Positions 50,154 to 60,376 of a stretch of DNA of 64,000 nucleotides are shown here, piece after piece. The position numbers were made by a program, and so were the translations under genes. The notes under the pieces were generated by a model. It saw nothing but the letters and a program-made list of their open reading frames with translations, did not search any database and was not told the DNA's origin. Source of the DNA: Opitutales bacterium (GTDB lineage: Bacteria > Verrucomicrobiota > Verrucomicrobiia > Opitutales > PNEW01); contig CBDANS010000006.1 of assembly GCA_965197745.1 (NCBI GenBank), positions 32,001 through 96,000 on the forward strand, written 5' to 3'. Positions within the stretch are counted from its first letter, which is position 1. Each line of letters begins with the position of its first letter.

Positions 50154-51299
50154 TCAAAGGAGATCCAATGCGGTGTCCAGTTCTTCCCGCGTATTGAAAA
50201 AATGCGGTGAAAATCTCAGCCAGAATTTTTTATCGCGCGTCTGTCGTAATGAGACCGTAATCTTTGCCTCTGTGAATGTATCGTGCAGTGCTTTCAGATC
50301 GGTGTTCTCTTTGCGAAAGGATGTTATCCCGGAAAGTCGGCTGTCATCGGAACAAGCCAGAGTGTAGCCCTTGTTCTGCAAAACTTCACGCAGATGGCGC
50401 GTGTGCTTGAGTATTGTCTTTTCAACTTCCGGCAGCCCGTACTCTAATAACATTTTCATCGCGGCATGCATTCCGGCCAGCCCGGCGAGATTCGCGCTGC
50501 CGGCTTCATACCGTCTCGCGTCATTTTTAAAAGTTATCGTATCGGGGGTAACATAATTCGGGCAGATTACATTACTCCAGCCAAGGAGACTGGGCTCGAG
50601 AATTTTACGCGCTTCGGGGCTTACGTAAAAAATGCCTGCCGCGCAGGGTCCCAGCAGCCATTTATGAGCGTCAGCAGCAAAAAAATCCACATTCCTGATC
50701 GGTGTGCTTATGGCACCCAGGGTTTGAATGCCATCAATACTGAAGAGGACATCCCGTTCCTTTAACCAGGCTCCAATGGTGTCAGTATCTGGTTGATACC
50801 CACTGATAAAGTGGGCCGTGGAAAGGGCTACGAGTCGCGTGTTTTCATCAACCCTCGAGCAGATCGCTTCCAGGGTTATACGCCCGGGTTCTGAAGGGAA
50901 AAGAGGACGCAGTTCAATACCTCGTTTCTCCAGGTTCATCCAAACAACTGCGTTGGATGGGTAATCGTCAGGTGAAAAGACGATATTCTCTCCTCGCTTA
51001 AAATTCAGTCCGTTAGCGACGAGAGAAAGACTGATCGAAGTGGGCCCAATTAACGCGATATCGGTCGCGTCGCAATCCAGTATTTCTGCCGCAAGTCTGC
51101 GGATTTCACCAAATAAAGCAGGGGTGAAAATGAGTTCCTGGTCACCCTGGGTCGCCCGATTCACATAATCGCTCATCGCCTCAGCTACGCATTTGGGGAG
51201 GGGGCAAACCGCCGCATTGGCGAGAAATATCTCCTTATCAGCAACCGGGAATTGTTGGCGCCGAAACGCTTCGTTATTGTGAATCTCTTCGATTGTCAT
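50154..51299 (-). CDS. Class V PLP-dependent enzyme (no desulfurase Cys)
   Basis: DYPSN, DGIQTLG, DAHKWLLGP, RYEAGS and LRFSPH. Confidence 0.85.
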   Translation of the reverse strand: MTIEEIHNNEAFRRQQFPVADKEIFLANAAVCPLPKCVAEAMSDYVNRATQGDQELIFTPALFGEIRRLAAEILDCDATDIALIGPTSISLSLVANGLNFKRGENIVFSPDDYPSNAVVWMNLEKRGIELRPLFPSEPGRITLEAICSRVDENTRLVALSTAHFISGYQPDTDTIGAWLKERDVLFSIDGIQTLGAISTPIRNVDFFAADAHKWLLGPCAAGIFYVSPEARKILEPSLLGWSNVICPNYVTPDTITFKNDARRYEAGSANLAGLAGMHAAMKMLLEYGLPEVEKTILKHTRHLREVLQNKGYTLACSDDSRLSGITSFRKENTDLKALHDTFTEAKITVSLRQTRDKKFWLRFSPHFFNTREELDTALDLL

Positions 51300-51363
51300 A
51301 TTTTAATTTTATACAGGTAATCACAGGGGAATATTTTTTTAAATATTAAAAGGATCTCTAATT

Positions 51364-52551
51364 ATGGAATATAAACTGTTTCTTCTGAATAAGGAAAATG
51401 AACTATGGCAATATGAGATTGGTCGTGATGGCCACGCTCAGGTGGCAAGAAAATATACGGATGGAGACTTTCCCGGCATTTTCCCCATCGCGAGAATTAA
51501 AATGTCAAATGGGAATATTTTAAATGGCTACGATGCTCAAGGGCAAATGAAAGGACGACTACTGTTCGATCCCACAACTGACAGTTTAAAGACCTATAGC
51601 GGCGATCCGGAAAAAGCAATTGAGGGACTGCGTGTCCTCGAGACCCGACAGGCTGAAGACATGATCAAGAGCGATGCGGGATCTGATTATGAAGATTTTT
51701 TCGCCCTTGAAAATTCGGTATATGGTATTTCCGGTGATCATATTGACCAGCTATCCGCAAAATCAACTCCGGAAGATAACGTCTCTTCCCATAGGGTCCT
51801 GACTATTAAAGGGAGTCATCTCATCGCCGCAGCAGTCAGTCACTGGAAGGAAGCCTTTATCAGCGATACCTCGAATAATCGCATCCTTCGGGTAAAACAC
51901 AGTGATGATTCATTGCAATTTAATGGAGAAATTATTGAAGGCCGTTTGGATGCTCCTCGAGGATTAGTTTTCAGTCCTGATGGAGAGCTATTTGTTATTA
52001 ATTGTCGCGCAGATAATAATCAGATTATCCAATATGGTTTTAGATGTTATGAGCAAATTAACGTTAATGATTATACGCGAGAAGATGTCTGGGCTGTTGT
52101 ACCCGGTGCGGGATTTAACCTGGGCTCGGCAGAAGTAAGTGATCTTACCCTGGCGAAGCGGACAAGCATGGTATTTTCCGAAAAGATGAATCCACTAAAG
52201 AGAATGCAAGAGGCCAAAGCGGGGAAGGGCCACCACGGGGTCAGCGCTACAACTTATCTTAATTGTATTGAAACTCCGGACTATTTCGGTGAAAAAGCCA
52301 ACTCGGAAGCCGCCATAATCGGTCTCGTCGAATACGAACCGGGTGGACACACTGACGTCCACGTCCATGCGGATATGGAACAGGTATTTTATGTCTTAGA
52401 CGGCAAAGCTCTATTCGAAATGGGAGAAGTGGAAAAAGAGGCGGGGCCTGGCGATCTCGTTTTTTTTCCCCGTTTTGTAAAACATAGCTACAAGGTTATA
52501 GGTGATAAACCATTTAAATTCCTGATGCTGGAATGGCGAAATCTAAAATGA
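51364..52551 (+). CDS. Beta-propeller/NHL-like domain fused to a C-terminal cupin
   Basis: FISDTSNNRI and PRGLVFSPDGELFV; cupin HVHADMEQVFYVLDG...GDLVFFP...HSY. Confidence 0.7.
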   Translation: MEYKLFLLNKENELWQYEIGRDGHAQVARKYTDGDFPGIFPIARIKMSNGNILNGYDAQGQMKGRLLFDPTTDSLKTYSGDPEKAIEGLRVLETRQAEDMIKSDAGSDYEDFFALENSVYGISGDHIDQLSAKSTPEDNVSSHRVLTIKGSHLIAAAVSHWKEAFISDTSNNRILRVKHSDDSLQFNGEIIEGRLDAPRGLVFSPDGELFVINCRADNNQIIQYGFRCYEQINVNDYTREDVWAVVPGAGFNLGSAEVSDLTLAKRTSMVFSEKMNPLKRMQEAKAGKGHHGVSATTYLNCIETPDYFGEKANSEAAIIGLVEYEPGGHTDVHVHADMEQVFYVLDGKALFEMGEVEKEAGPGDLVFFPRFVKHSYKVIGDKPFKFLMLEWRNLK

Positions 52552-52570
52552 AATTCTAGCCTCGCTTCAT

Positions 52571-52849
52571 TTAAGTGTCTCCCCACATTTTCACCATCGT
52601 TTGTTCATATTCTGGAAAGTAGTTTCCAATCAGGGGAAGATCAAAACGGCGCAGGATCATCGTATTACTTTCGCGTTCCAGGAGGAAAGTAAATGATTTT
52701 TCAATAAGATCTTCGGGGGGAATTCGACCCTTCGTCAGTTTCTGGTAATAGTCCTGAGTAAGCGTCACGGTATGCGTGGTCGGTGATTGCCCTTCTACGA
52801 GGACCTCGTAACTTTCTGCGTCACATTTTTTTACCGAGATTGCTTTCAT
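52571..52849 (-). CDS. Small hypothetical protein
   Basis: TTHTVT...SFTFLLERE...ILRRFDL...YFPEYE resembles a conserved small family; ATG at 52849. Confidence 0.7.
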   Translation of the reverse strand: MKAISVKKCDAESYEVLVEGQSPTTHTVTLTQDYYQKLTKGRIPPEDLIEKSFTFLLERESNTMILRRFDLPLIGNYFPEYEQTMVKMWGDT

Positions 52850-52983
52850 TTCAATCAAAGATATAGCTATAATACCGACATCCTCCAGTTGATTATTCAA
52901 AAATCCTGTTTTAACTAGTGTTATCTGTGTTTGTCTTGCCCATCGTGATATTTCAATAAAAGTATCCAGTTGACTGTAATATT

Positions 52984-54174
52984 ATGTCTCAGAATTACGT
53001 CGTATCTGCGCGTTGGACACGCGCATTTGATGAAAACGCGCTTGAAGTGTGGGCTGAACAACTGCGTAAACAGATTATAGATGAAAAAGTATCACTGGGC
53101 TTATTGTTTTTGACCCCTGCCTTTTTTGAGGATGCCGAAAAGATTCTGGAAATCATTCGTGTCCACGCTCGTGTCCCTATTCTCATGGGATGTTCCAGCC
53201 ATGGTATTATTGTCAATGGTGAGGAAATTGAAGAGGAAGGGGGAATCGCCCTTTCCCTTTTTCACCTCCCCGGGGCAAATCTTAATGCCTTCGCTCTTTC
53301 CTCGGAACAGATCAATGATGTAGATGATGAAAATACACTGCCAGAACTGACAGGTATAAACCGTGAAGACACCAATGGGTGGCTGCTATTCGCGGACCCC
53401 TTTCACCTCAATAGCGATCAATGGCTCAATGGTTGGAACGCAGCTTATGCCCCAGTGGCTATGCTTGGTGGTTTAGCAGGTGGCAGACCAGGTGAACTCC
53501 GCACCTTTCTCTATCTCGACGGCAGGACCTATGATGAGGGCCTTGTCGCTTTGTCCGTAGGAGGCGCTATCACCCTCAAAAGTATTATTTCTCAGGGCTG
53601 CACACCGATTGGCGATACATGGACTATTACCCAGGCTGAAAAAAATATTATTTATAAAATCGGAAACAGACCGGCTTTCGAAGTGCTCTTGGAAACGTTA
53701 AACAATCTGCCTGACGAACTTAAAAAACGCGCCAATCGTAATCTTTTCACCGGACTGGTTATTGATGAATACCGCGAAGCGTTCGGGAGAGGTGACTTTC
53801 TTATACGCAATCTCATTGGGGGTGATCCTGATAAGGGTGCGATTGCTCTCGGTGCTTACCCAAGGGCAGGTCAAACGATACAGTTTCAACTTAGGGATGC
53901 CCAGGCCGCGACTGAAGACATAGACGCCTTGCTCCTCAAAGCCGAAAAATACCTGCACGATAAAATTGTCTATGGAGCCTGTCTTTGCTCTTGTAACGGT
54001 CGGGGTAAAGGACTGTTCGGAAAACCGAATCATGACGCCCATCACCTTCAGGCTCATCTGGGTCCCCTGGCCGTCGGTGGATTTTTCTGCAATGGTGAAA
54101 TCGGACCGGTTGGCGATATTAGCTATCTCCACAGTTATACCGCATCAATTGCCTTTTTCGTTAATAATGGATGA
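52984..54174 (+). CDS. FIST N+C domain sensor protein (NosP-like)
   Basis: MGCS, LFADPF, GGLAG, SQGCTPIG, CSCNGRG and GFFCNGEIGP. Confidence 0.9.
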   Translation: MSQNYVVSARWTRAFDENALEVWAEQLRKQIIDEKVSLGLLFLTPAFFEDAEKILEIIRVHARVPILMGCSSHGIIVNGEEIEEEGGIALSLFHLPGANLNAFALSSEQINDVDDENTLPELTGINREDTNGWLLFADPFHLNSDQWLNGWNAAYAPVAMLGGLAGGRPGELRTFLYLDGRTYDEGLVALSVGGAITLKSIISQGCTPIGDTWTITQAEKNIIYKIGNRPAFEVLLETLNNLPDELKKRANRNLFTGLVIDEYREAFGRGDFLIRNLIGGDPDKGAIALGAYPRAGQTIQFQLRDAQAATEDIDALLLKAEKYLHDKIVYGACLCSCNGRGKGLFGKPNHDAHHLQAHLGPLAVGGFFCNGEIGPVGDISYLHSYTASIAFFVNNG

Positions 54175-54418
54175 TCCTTCATCCTGATGTTTCAATTGCC
54201 TGGTGATCTGGATTATTATGTCTCCACTTTCGCCTTCAAACTATTCGAACCGTGGATTACCACGCGTTAACAATGAATATTTAAGTTGAAAAGAGACCTC
54301 CACGCGCTGCCAGTCTCTATTTTTGTGGTTATCATCAATCCAGTAATAAATATTAATTGATCGTTCAATCAATTATTAAGCATAATCCTGCTAGCGTGCA
54401 GAAATCCGGTGCAGGGCA

Positions 54419-54790
54419 TTAAATATGCCTTGAATCGTCGAGGTCTTTAGCGGAATAGCCATCGTCCTGGCGTTCTATATTAACTTTATTCTTTTTAACA
54501 TAGGCGTCGTGGACGTCGCCGGGTGTCATTCCAAGCACTTGGGCAAGTGAGATAAGAAAGTGAAAAAGGTCGACAACTTCGACCCGGGCATTTTGCTGGT
54601 CAAATTTCTGGTATTTAGCCCACCATTTCCAGGGCACAGAATCAACGAGCTCTGCTAATTCCTGTTGCATGGCCCTGGAATAATTGAGCAACCACTCTGT
54701 TTTTTCTTCATCTGTGAGATCCTTGGTCTCTACGCCGATACGATGGTTAAGAGATTCTTGCAATTCAAAGATCTCGTCTAATTTATCCAT
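54419..54790 (-). CDS. Dimeric all-alpha dUTPase
   Basis: QELAEL, WKWW, EVVDLFHF and KNKVNIERQ. Confidence 0.9.
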   Translation of the reverse strand: MDKLDEIFELQESLNHRIGVETKDLTDEEKTEWLLNYSRAMQQELAELVDSVPWKWWAKYQKFDQQNARVEVVDLFHFLISLAQVLGMTPGDVHDAYVKKNKVNIERQDDGYSAKDLDDSRHI

Positions 54791-55091
54791 GTTTCAGTTA
54801 ATGTATCAAATAGCAGTATATTAAACGCAAGTTCTTTCAGCCGCAACAGCTTGATTGAAAGGGGGTCTGTTAAAAAATGATTGAGCCTCAGAAAAAAATC
54901 CTCATGCTCATAACTATAAGGAATAACCTATTCTGAATAAATCCTTCTTTATCGGTTATAACAAAAGCGAATCAGTAAATTTTAAGCATCTTATAGCTTG
55001 GAAGATTTGTTCGCGGCGGGAAGATTTCAGGAATTCTGTGTTATACCATGTCCTGATATAGAATATATTCATTCATCTATTTATTAAAATC

Positions 55092-55841
55092 ATGCCACAA
55101 TTTATACATTCAGACGATAGTGACTCGACCACACCGAGTGAAAACCAAGATTCGCAGAGTTTTACAGATCAGTCGGGTCCCCATTCCAGAAGCCAGACAT
55201 CAAATCCCATAGCGCCTCATCACCGAGAAATAATTGAGTACACGCCACGCAGATCTGAAAATAAAAGGGAAGAAAAAGGCGACGACCTCGCGAAGAAAAG
55301 CGATGTTAGCACACCACCGAGAAGGGTTGATAGCCAAAAAAATAGAGCCCCACAACCCCGTCGGAAAACGAACTACCAATGCTATAATCGCAATCGGTCA
55401 AATCGGCATAATAAGTCCCGCGACAGGCGATCATTATTAGATAGAATAAAAGCCCTATTTTATTTTATCTTTCGAATAAAGGATCCAAAGCGTAAGAAGG
55501 AAGACAGAAGGCGGAAAAGAGGAAGATATAGAGGGCAATACCGCAATCGTCGCTCGGGCGGGGGTAGATCTCGACGACAGGGTGGTGATGGTCAAGGTTC
55601 AACAAACCGGCAGAACAACCGGGGTGGTAATCAGCAGCGGGGTAATGATAGAAACCAGCGCAATAATCGCGGGGGTCGACCCAGGAACGCCCGGCCTCAA
55701 AGCAGCGACACTGAGTCTAATAATAGTAACAGTGATGGAGGGGGGAACCAACCACGTTATCGATCGAGGAACCGAAGACGTGATAGAAACCGAACGGATA
55801 ATCCCCGGTCTGATCGCAACAGAGAAAACGATTCCCGATAA
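55092..55841 (+). CDS. Arg/Asn/Gly-rich disordered protein with one amphipathic segment
   Basis: 249-aa low-complexity ORF with LLDRIKALFYFIF, ending 9 nt before murA. Confidence 0.65.
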   Translation: MPQFIHSDDSDSTTPSENQDSQSFTDQSGPHSRSQTSNPIAPHHREIIEYTPRRSENKREEKGDDLAKKSDVSTPPRRVDSQKNRAPQPRRKTNYQCYNRNRSNRHNKSRDRRSLLDRIKALFYFIFRIKDPKRKKEDRRRKRGRYRGQYRNRRSGGGRSRRQGGDGQGSTNRQNNRGGNQQRGNDRNQRNNRGGRPRNARPQSSDTESNNSNSDGGGNQPRYRSRNRRRDRNRTDNPRSDRNRENDSR

Positions 55842-55850
55842 TTTATTAGT

Positions 55851-57158
55851 TTGATGGATGTCATTCGCATCAGAGGGAGAAATCCATTAAGCGGTAGAGT
55901 AAAAGTCAGCGGCGCTAAAAACGCGGCTTTGCCGGTCATGGCAGCGACGCTGCTTACGGACGAACCCTGCACCCTCTACAACATGCCCGATTTAAGCGAT
56001 GTTCACTTCATGGGGGACATTCTTCAGCACCTTGGTGCTGATGTGGAACAATTGGAACCGGAGACATGGCGCATAAGAGCGCATCATATTAATCCGAAAG
56101 CGCCCTATGAACTGGTGCGTAAAATGCGCGCTTCTATTTGTTTACTCGGTCCCCTCATAGGTCGGTTACGGAAGGCTGAAGTTTCCCTCCCCGGGGGTTG
56201 TGTTATAGGGCCGCGGCCCATCGACTTGCATTTAAAAGGTCTTATCAAGTTGAAATGTGATGTGCATATCAACAGCGGATATGTCAAAATTGATGGTTCT
56301 CATTTATCGGGAGCGGATATCTTTCTTGGCGGTCGTTTTGGGAGCACTGCCACCGGAACGGCCAACATCATCATGGCCGCTGTCCTCGCGCCCGGGACTA
56401 CGAGAATTGAAAGTGCCGCCTGCGAACCGGAAGTCATCGATTTATGCCAGATGCTTACGTCCATGGGGGCGGAAATCGAAGGGATCGGCGGACATGTCCT
56501 GACCATTACGGGTGTTGATAGCTTGCACAGCTGCGAGCATCATGTCATCGCTGATCGTATAGAAGCAGGGACATTCATCCTCGCGGGTGCGATTACCGAC
56601 GGAAACATTACGATTACTGGCGCGGAGCCCGAACACCTGGGTGCCTTGTTAGATAAGCTTGATGAAGCTCAGATTCCAGTATCCGTCAAAGACAGTGGGG
56701 ATATCAGTGTCACTAATCAAAATCATGTGCAACAGCCCGTGGACCTCATTACCCTGCCCCACCCGGGATTTCCTACTGATCTGCAGGCACAAATGTGCGC
56801 ACTCATGAGTATCACTCCTGGTCTCAGTATTATCACTGAACGTGTTTTCCCACATCGTTTCATGCATGTGCCGGAACTGCAACGCATGGGCGCTGACATC
56901 GCCATCGAAGGTCCCAGCGCCATCATACAAGGTAAGCAATCACTTTCTGGAGCACCGGTAATGGCCTCTGACCTGAGGGCAAGCGCAGCGCTTCTCCTAT
57001 CCGGCCTGGCCGCTACCGGAGAAACCTGGGTTCAACGCATCTATCATCTTGATCGCGGCTATGACAGAATAGATGAGAAGCTACAGGCTCTTGGCGCAGA
57101 CATCACGCGCATGCCGGTTGAATCCATGCCAAAGGATTTACAAACCGAAACCGTGTAA
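55851..57158 (+). CDS. murA: UDP-N-acetylglucosamine 1-carboxyvinyltransferase
   Basis: SGAKNAALP, MRAS, PGGCVIGPRP, GFPTDLQAQ, DLRA and HLDRGY. Confidence 0.97.
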   Translation: MMDVIRIRGRNPLSGRVKVSGAKNAALPVMAATLLTDEPCTLYNMPDLSDVHFMGDILQHLGADVEQLEPETWRIRAHHINPKAPYELVRKMRASICLLGPLIGRLRKAEVSLPGGCVIGPRPIDLHLKGLIKLKCDVHINSGYVKIDGSHLSGADIFLGGRFGSTATGTANIIMAAVLAPGTTRIESAACEPEVIDLCQMLTSMGAEIEGIGGHVLTITGVDSLHSCEHHVIADRIEAGTFILAGAITDGNITITGAEPEHLGALLDKLDEAQIPVSVKDSGDISVTNQNHVQQPVDLITLPHPGFPTDLQAQMCALMSITPGLSIITERVFPHRFMHVPELQRMGADIAIEGPSAIIQGKQSLSGAPVMASDLRASAALLLSGLAATGETWVQRIYHLDRGYDRIDEKLQALGADITRMPVESMPKDLQTETV

Positions 57159-57238
57159 TCACTGCCGCTATTTTGAGAGTGCTGGCACGAGACATCTTTT
57201 GGTTTGTTTATCTGAGATAAAAAATACATGGTGTCTAT

Positions 57239-58276
57239 GTGAGCGAACCGGAAAAAGGCGGCGAATATTTCAGCAATGCTCTGGAGCGAGACGAAACGGT
57301 GGATGCGGCATTGCGGCCCCTGTCCTTCGGCGATTTCACGGGGCAGACAAAGACGATTGAACGTTTACAGATAATGGTAGGCGCTGCGCTTGCTCGAAAA
57401 GATGTCCTCAATCATATTCTTATCAGTGGCCCCCCGGGTTTAGGTAAAACCACGCTCGCCTTTATTCTTGCCCAATCGATGGGCACGAATTTGCGACCGA
57501 CCTCGGGGCCGGTAATAGAAAAACCCGGTGACCTTGCCGGCATGCTTACCAACCTTGAAGAAGGGGATATCCTCTTTATCGATGAAATTCATCGCATTCC
57601 AAAAACGGTTGAAGAGTACTTGTATTCGGCCATGGAAGATTACCGTATCGATATTATGCTCGACCAGGGACCTAACGCTCGCAGTGTCAGGCTCAATATC
57701 CCCCACTTTACCCTGGTCGGGGCAACGACTCGCAGCGGACTCTTAACCGCACCCTTGCGCAGCCGCTTTACCCTGCAAACGCGCCTTTCTTATTATAATC
57801 ACCGGGAAATTTTATCGATTGTGAAGCGCAGCTGCAATCTTCTGAATATCCTCGCCAACAATGAGGGGGCAAAGGAAATTGCGGATCGCGCCCGCGGCAC
57901 GCCCAGGATAGCCAACAATCTCATTCACTTTATACGCGACTATGCGCAACAGCGCGCCGATGGAAAAATAACGCGTAAAGTTGCCGCGGCGGGACTGGAA
58001 CTGCTCGAAATAGATGCTTACGGTCTCGATGAGATGGACAAACGTATTCTCCAGATTATTGCAGAAAATTACCAGGGAGGACCGGTTGGTCTGAACACCA
58101 TAGCCATCGCGGTGGGTGAAGAAGAACAGACGCTGGAAGAGGTCAATGAACCCTACCTTATTCAAGAGGGGTACCTGCAACGCACAGCACAAGGGCGCAC
58201 CTTGACTTCAAAAGGGTTTGAAGTGATAGGACTCAAGGGGCCGTTGACCGGCGATGATCAACTTGAGCTTATATAA
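57239..58276 (+). CDS. ruvB: Holliday junction branch migration helicase RuvB
   Basis: LRP, GPPGLGKTT, FIDEIHR, GATTR, RGTPRIAN and GGPVG. Confidence 0.97.
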   Translation: MSEPEKGGEYFSNALERDETVDAALRPLSFGDFTGQTKTIERLQIMVGAALARKDVLNHILISGPPGLGKTTLAFILAQSMGTNLRPTSGPVIEKPGDLAGMLTNLEEGDILFIDEIHRIPKTVEEYLYSAMEDYRIDIMLDQGPNARSVRLNIPHFTLVGATTRSGLLTAPLRSRFTLQTRLSYYNHREILSIVKRSCNLLNILANNEGAKEIADRARGTPRIANNLIHFIRDYAQQRADGKITRKVAAAGLELLEIDAYGLDEMDKRILQIIAENYQGGPVGLNTIAIAVGEEEQTLEEVNEPYLIQEGYLQRTAQGRTLTSKGFEVIGLKGPLTGDDQLELI

Positions 58277-58317
58277 GCTGATTGATTTTAACGTCCCTTA
58301 GGACAGAAGCCTCGATA

Positions 58318-59295
58318 TTAACAGATAAGGCTTTTAAAATCGTCTATCTTACTTTTAAACCCGCCGGGCACACCCTTGTTGATAACAGAAACGGCATCAT
58401 GTGAATGGAGTGATTCCAAATGTGCACACGCAACCTGGAAATCGATAATCCGTTCGTCGGTGTCAAGTTGCTCATAAAGCAGGCGCGCCGCGTCCTCAAC
58501 AAATTTCACATTGGCCCCGTTTAGTTCAGCAAAAGCCTGTTCATCTTCACGTTTAACCATTACCTGGGTTTCGGTTTGAAGCCCTTTGAGACTGTGGCGG
58601 TAAAGGTCTTCAATCATAACCTGCATCCCCGGACGCACCTCTGCACTGATCCGGGCTTTGCTTCGCTGGCTGTGGGGGATGGCAAAGACCTGGCGATTAT
58701 CGCGTGCGTGTTCAGCCAGTTCGGAAGAACAGGGACAGGTCGATGAGTAAACAAAATCAAAATGGAAAATCTTCCGGCAGCGATTGAGATCATCAAGAAT
58801 GCCTTCATAGACGACTTCGTAATACTGATAACCCTCAAGTTCGCTGCGCAGACTTTTTTGAATTAAAGGATAGGAAAATCTCAGTTCCAGATGGGCCCGA
58901 CTACTGCCGTGGTCCTCCTTATAGCGCAGCAATATTTCCTCCAGTAATTCCAGGGTAAATATACGATCTTTGAAATAGTAAAATGTGCGTATTATGCGCG
59001 ACATGTTAATACCTTTAGAGTCCGCTGCGTGTGAGACCGTGCCGGAAACAGAGGTCTCAAGAGATACTGTCTCTCCGTCTCCTTTAAGGTACTTTAATGG
59101 TAATCGAAAATTGGAAATGCCTACCTGTAATATAGGGACATTCGCTCCGCGAATCTCATCGCTGGGTGCATTCTGGCTGTCTGGTAAAGAATTTCGATAC
59201 GTATCGGATACCACAAATTTTTTGTTGTAATGTTGTTTCAAAGACGGTCCTTCTGTTACCGGCTCCGAGGAAGTGCTTTTGCTTTTGTTGTCCAT
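58318..59295 (-). CDS. folE2: GTP cyclohydrolase I type B (FolE2)
   Basis: KGINMSR, SSTCPCS, PHSQRS, VKREDE, FVEDAAR and ESLHSHDA. Confidence 0.93.
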   Translation of the reverse strand: MDNKSKSTSSEPVTEGPSLKQHYNKKFVVSDTYRNSLPDSQNAPSDEIRGANVPILQVGISNFRLPLKYLKGDGETVSLETSVSGTVSHAADSKGINMSRIIRTFYYFKDRIFTLELLEEILLRYKEDHGSSRAHLELRFSYPLIQKSLRSELEGYQYYEVVYEGILDDLNRCRKIFHFDFVYSSTCPCSSELAEHARDNRQVFAIPHSQRSKARISAEVRPGMQVMIEDLYRHSLKGLQTETQVMVKREDEQAFAELNGANVKFVEDAARLLYEQLDTDERIIDFQVACAHLESLHSHDAVSVINKGVPGGFKSKIDDFKSLIC

Positions 59296-59546
59296 TATTT
59301 ATTAAAACCATTCAAAAAAGGTAAGATACGCCAAAAAGTCAATTATTCCTAACACAGGTATAGCTAATTTTGACTTATGTTGAAAATCTACTCCAAAACA
59401 TATAAAATTGCGAGTATAGAAAATACACGAATCGAGGGAGAAGAATTAAATCTGCAACAATAGAAAGGGTTTTAAAAAATGACCTAAATTGAAGAAAATT
59501 CAAGAAAACCTTTGCAGAACTATTGTATTTAAAATTATGAATCTAC

Positions 59547-60347
59547 ATGGCCATGCGTTTCAGGATATTGGGAAGTAGCAGTTCGGGTAATGCGGCTCTC
59601 CTTATTACCGAGAACTGCAAAGTTCTCATCGATGCCGGATTCTCGGGCCGTCGGCTCGGTGAGTACCTCGAAAACTGCGGCGAGTCCATTGATGCCCTGG
59701 ATGCGGTTTTTCTCACCCATGAACACAGTGATCACGCTTCCGGGCTCAGGGGGTTATCACGTCTTCCTCAATTGAAAGTATTCGCCAACCATGCGACAGC
59801 TAAAGTCGTCGAGGACGATATAAAGCGCCGCATCGCTTGGAAGCTGTTTGAAACTGGAACAACCTTCCAATACCGGGATCTCGAAATTACTACATTTGCC
59901 ATTCCGCATGATGCTTGTGATCCCGTGGGGTTCGTCATAAAAGAAAGTCCGCAAGCGCATAATCAGTCACAAAGCAGCATCGGCTGGGTTTTGGATCTGG
60001 GTTATGTTCCACAATTAGTACGTGAGCGTATTCGCAATGTCGACCTTCTCGTCATTGAGGCCAATCACGATATACGTCTGCTCGATGAAGATAGCCGCCG
60101 TCCATGGTCGGTTAAACAACGAATTAAAGGCAGACACGGACATCTCTCTAACGAGACCGTGCACACCTTCCTCAATGAGATGGAAAATCCAGGATGGAAG
60201 CAGGTACACCTGGCCCATCTGAGCAAAGATTGTAATAAAAAAACACTGGTTCAGGAAATGTTCAGTCCTCAAAAAGGATTTAAAAAGGATTTTGAGATAA
60301 ATGTTATTGATCCCCTAATTGAAACATTCCCCGCTCACGATTTTTAA
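59547..60347 (+). CDS. MBL-fold metallo-hydrolase (YycJ/WalJ-like)
   Basis: SSSSGN, THEHSDH, PHDA, EANHD, GHLSN and HLSKDCN. Confidence 0.9.
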   Translation: MAMRFRILGSSSSGNAALLITENCKVLIDAGFSGRRLGEYLENCGESIDALDAVFLTHEHSDHASGLRGLSRLPQLKVFANHATAKVVEDDIKRRIAWKLFETGTTFQYRDLEITTFAIPHDACDPVGFVIKESPQAHNQSQSSIGWVLDLGYVPQLVRERIRNVDLLVIEANHDIRLLDEDSRRPWSVKQRIKGRHGHLSNETVHTFLNEMENPGWKQVHLAHLSKDCNKKTLVQEMFSPQKGFKKDFEINVIDPLIETFPAHDF

Positions 60348-60376
60348 AGATATTAATTCGTGATACTCCGAATCAC

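Noticed and set aside
50154..51299. Cysteine desulfurase (SufS/IscS)
   Set aside because: No RxGHHC or SSGSAC catalytic-Cys motif
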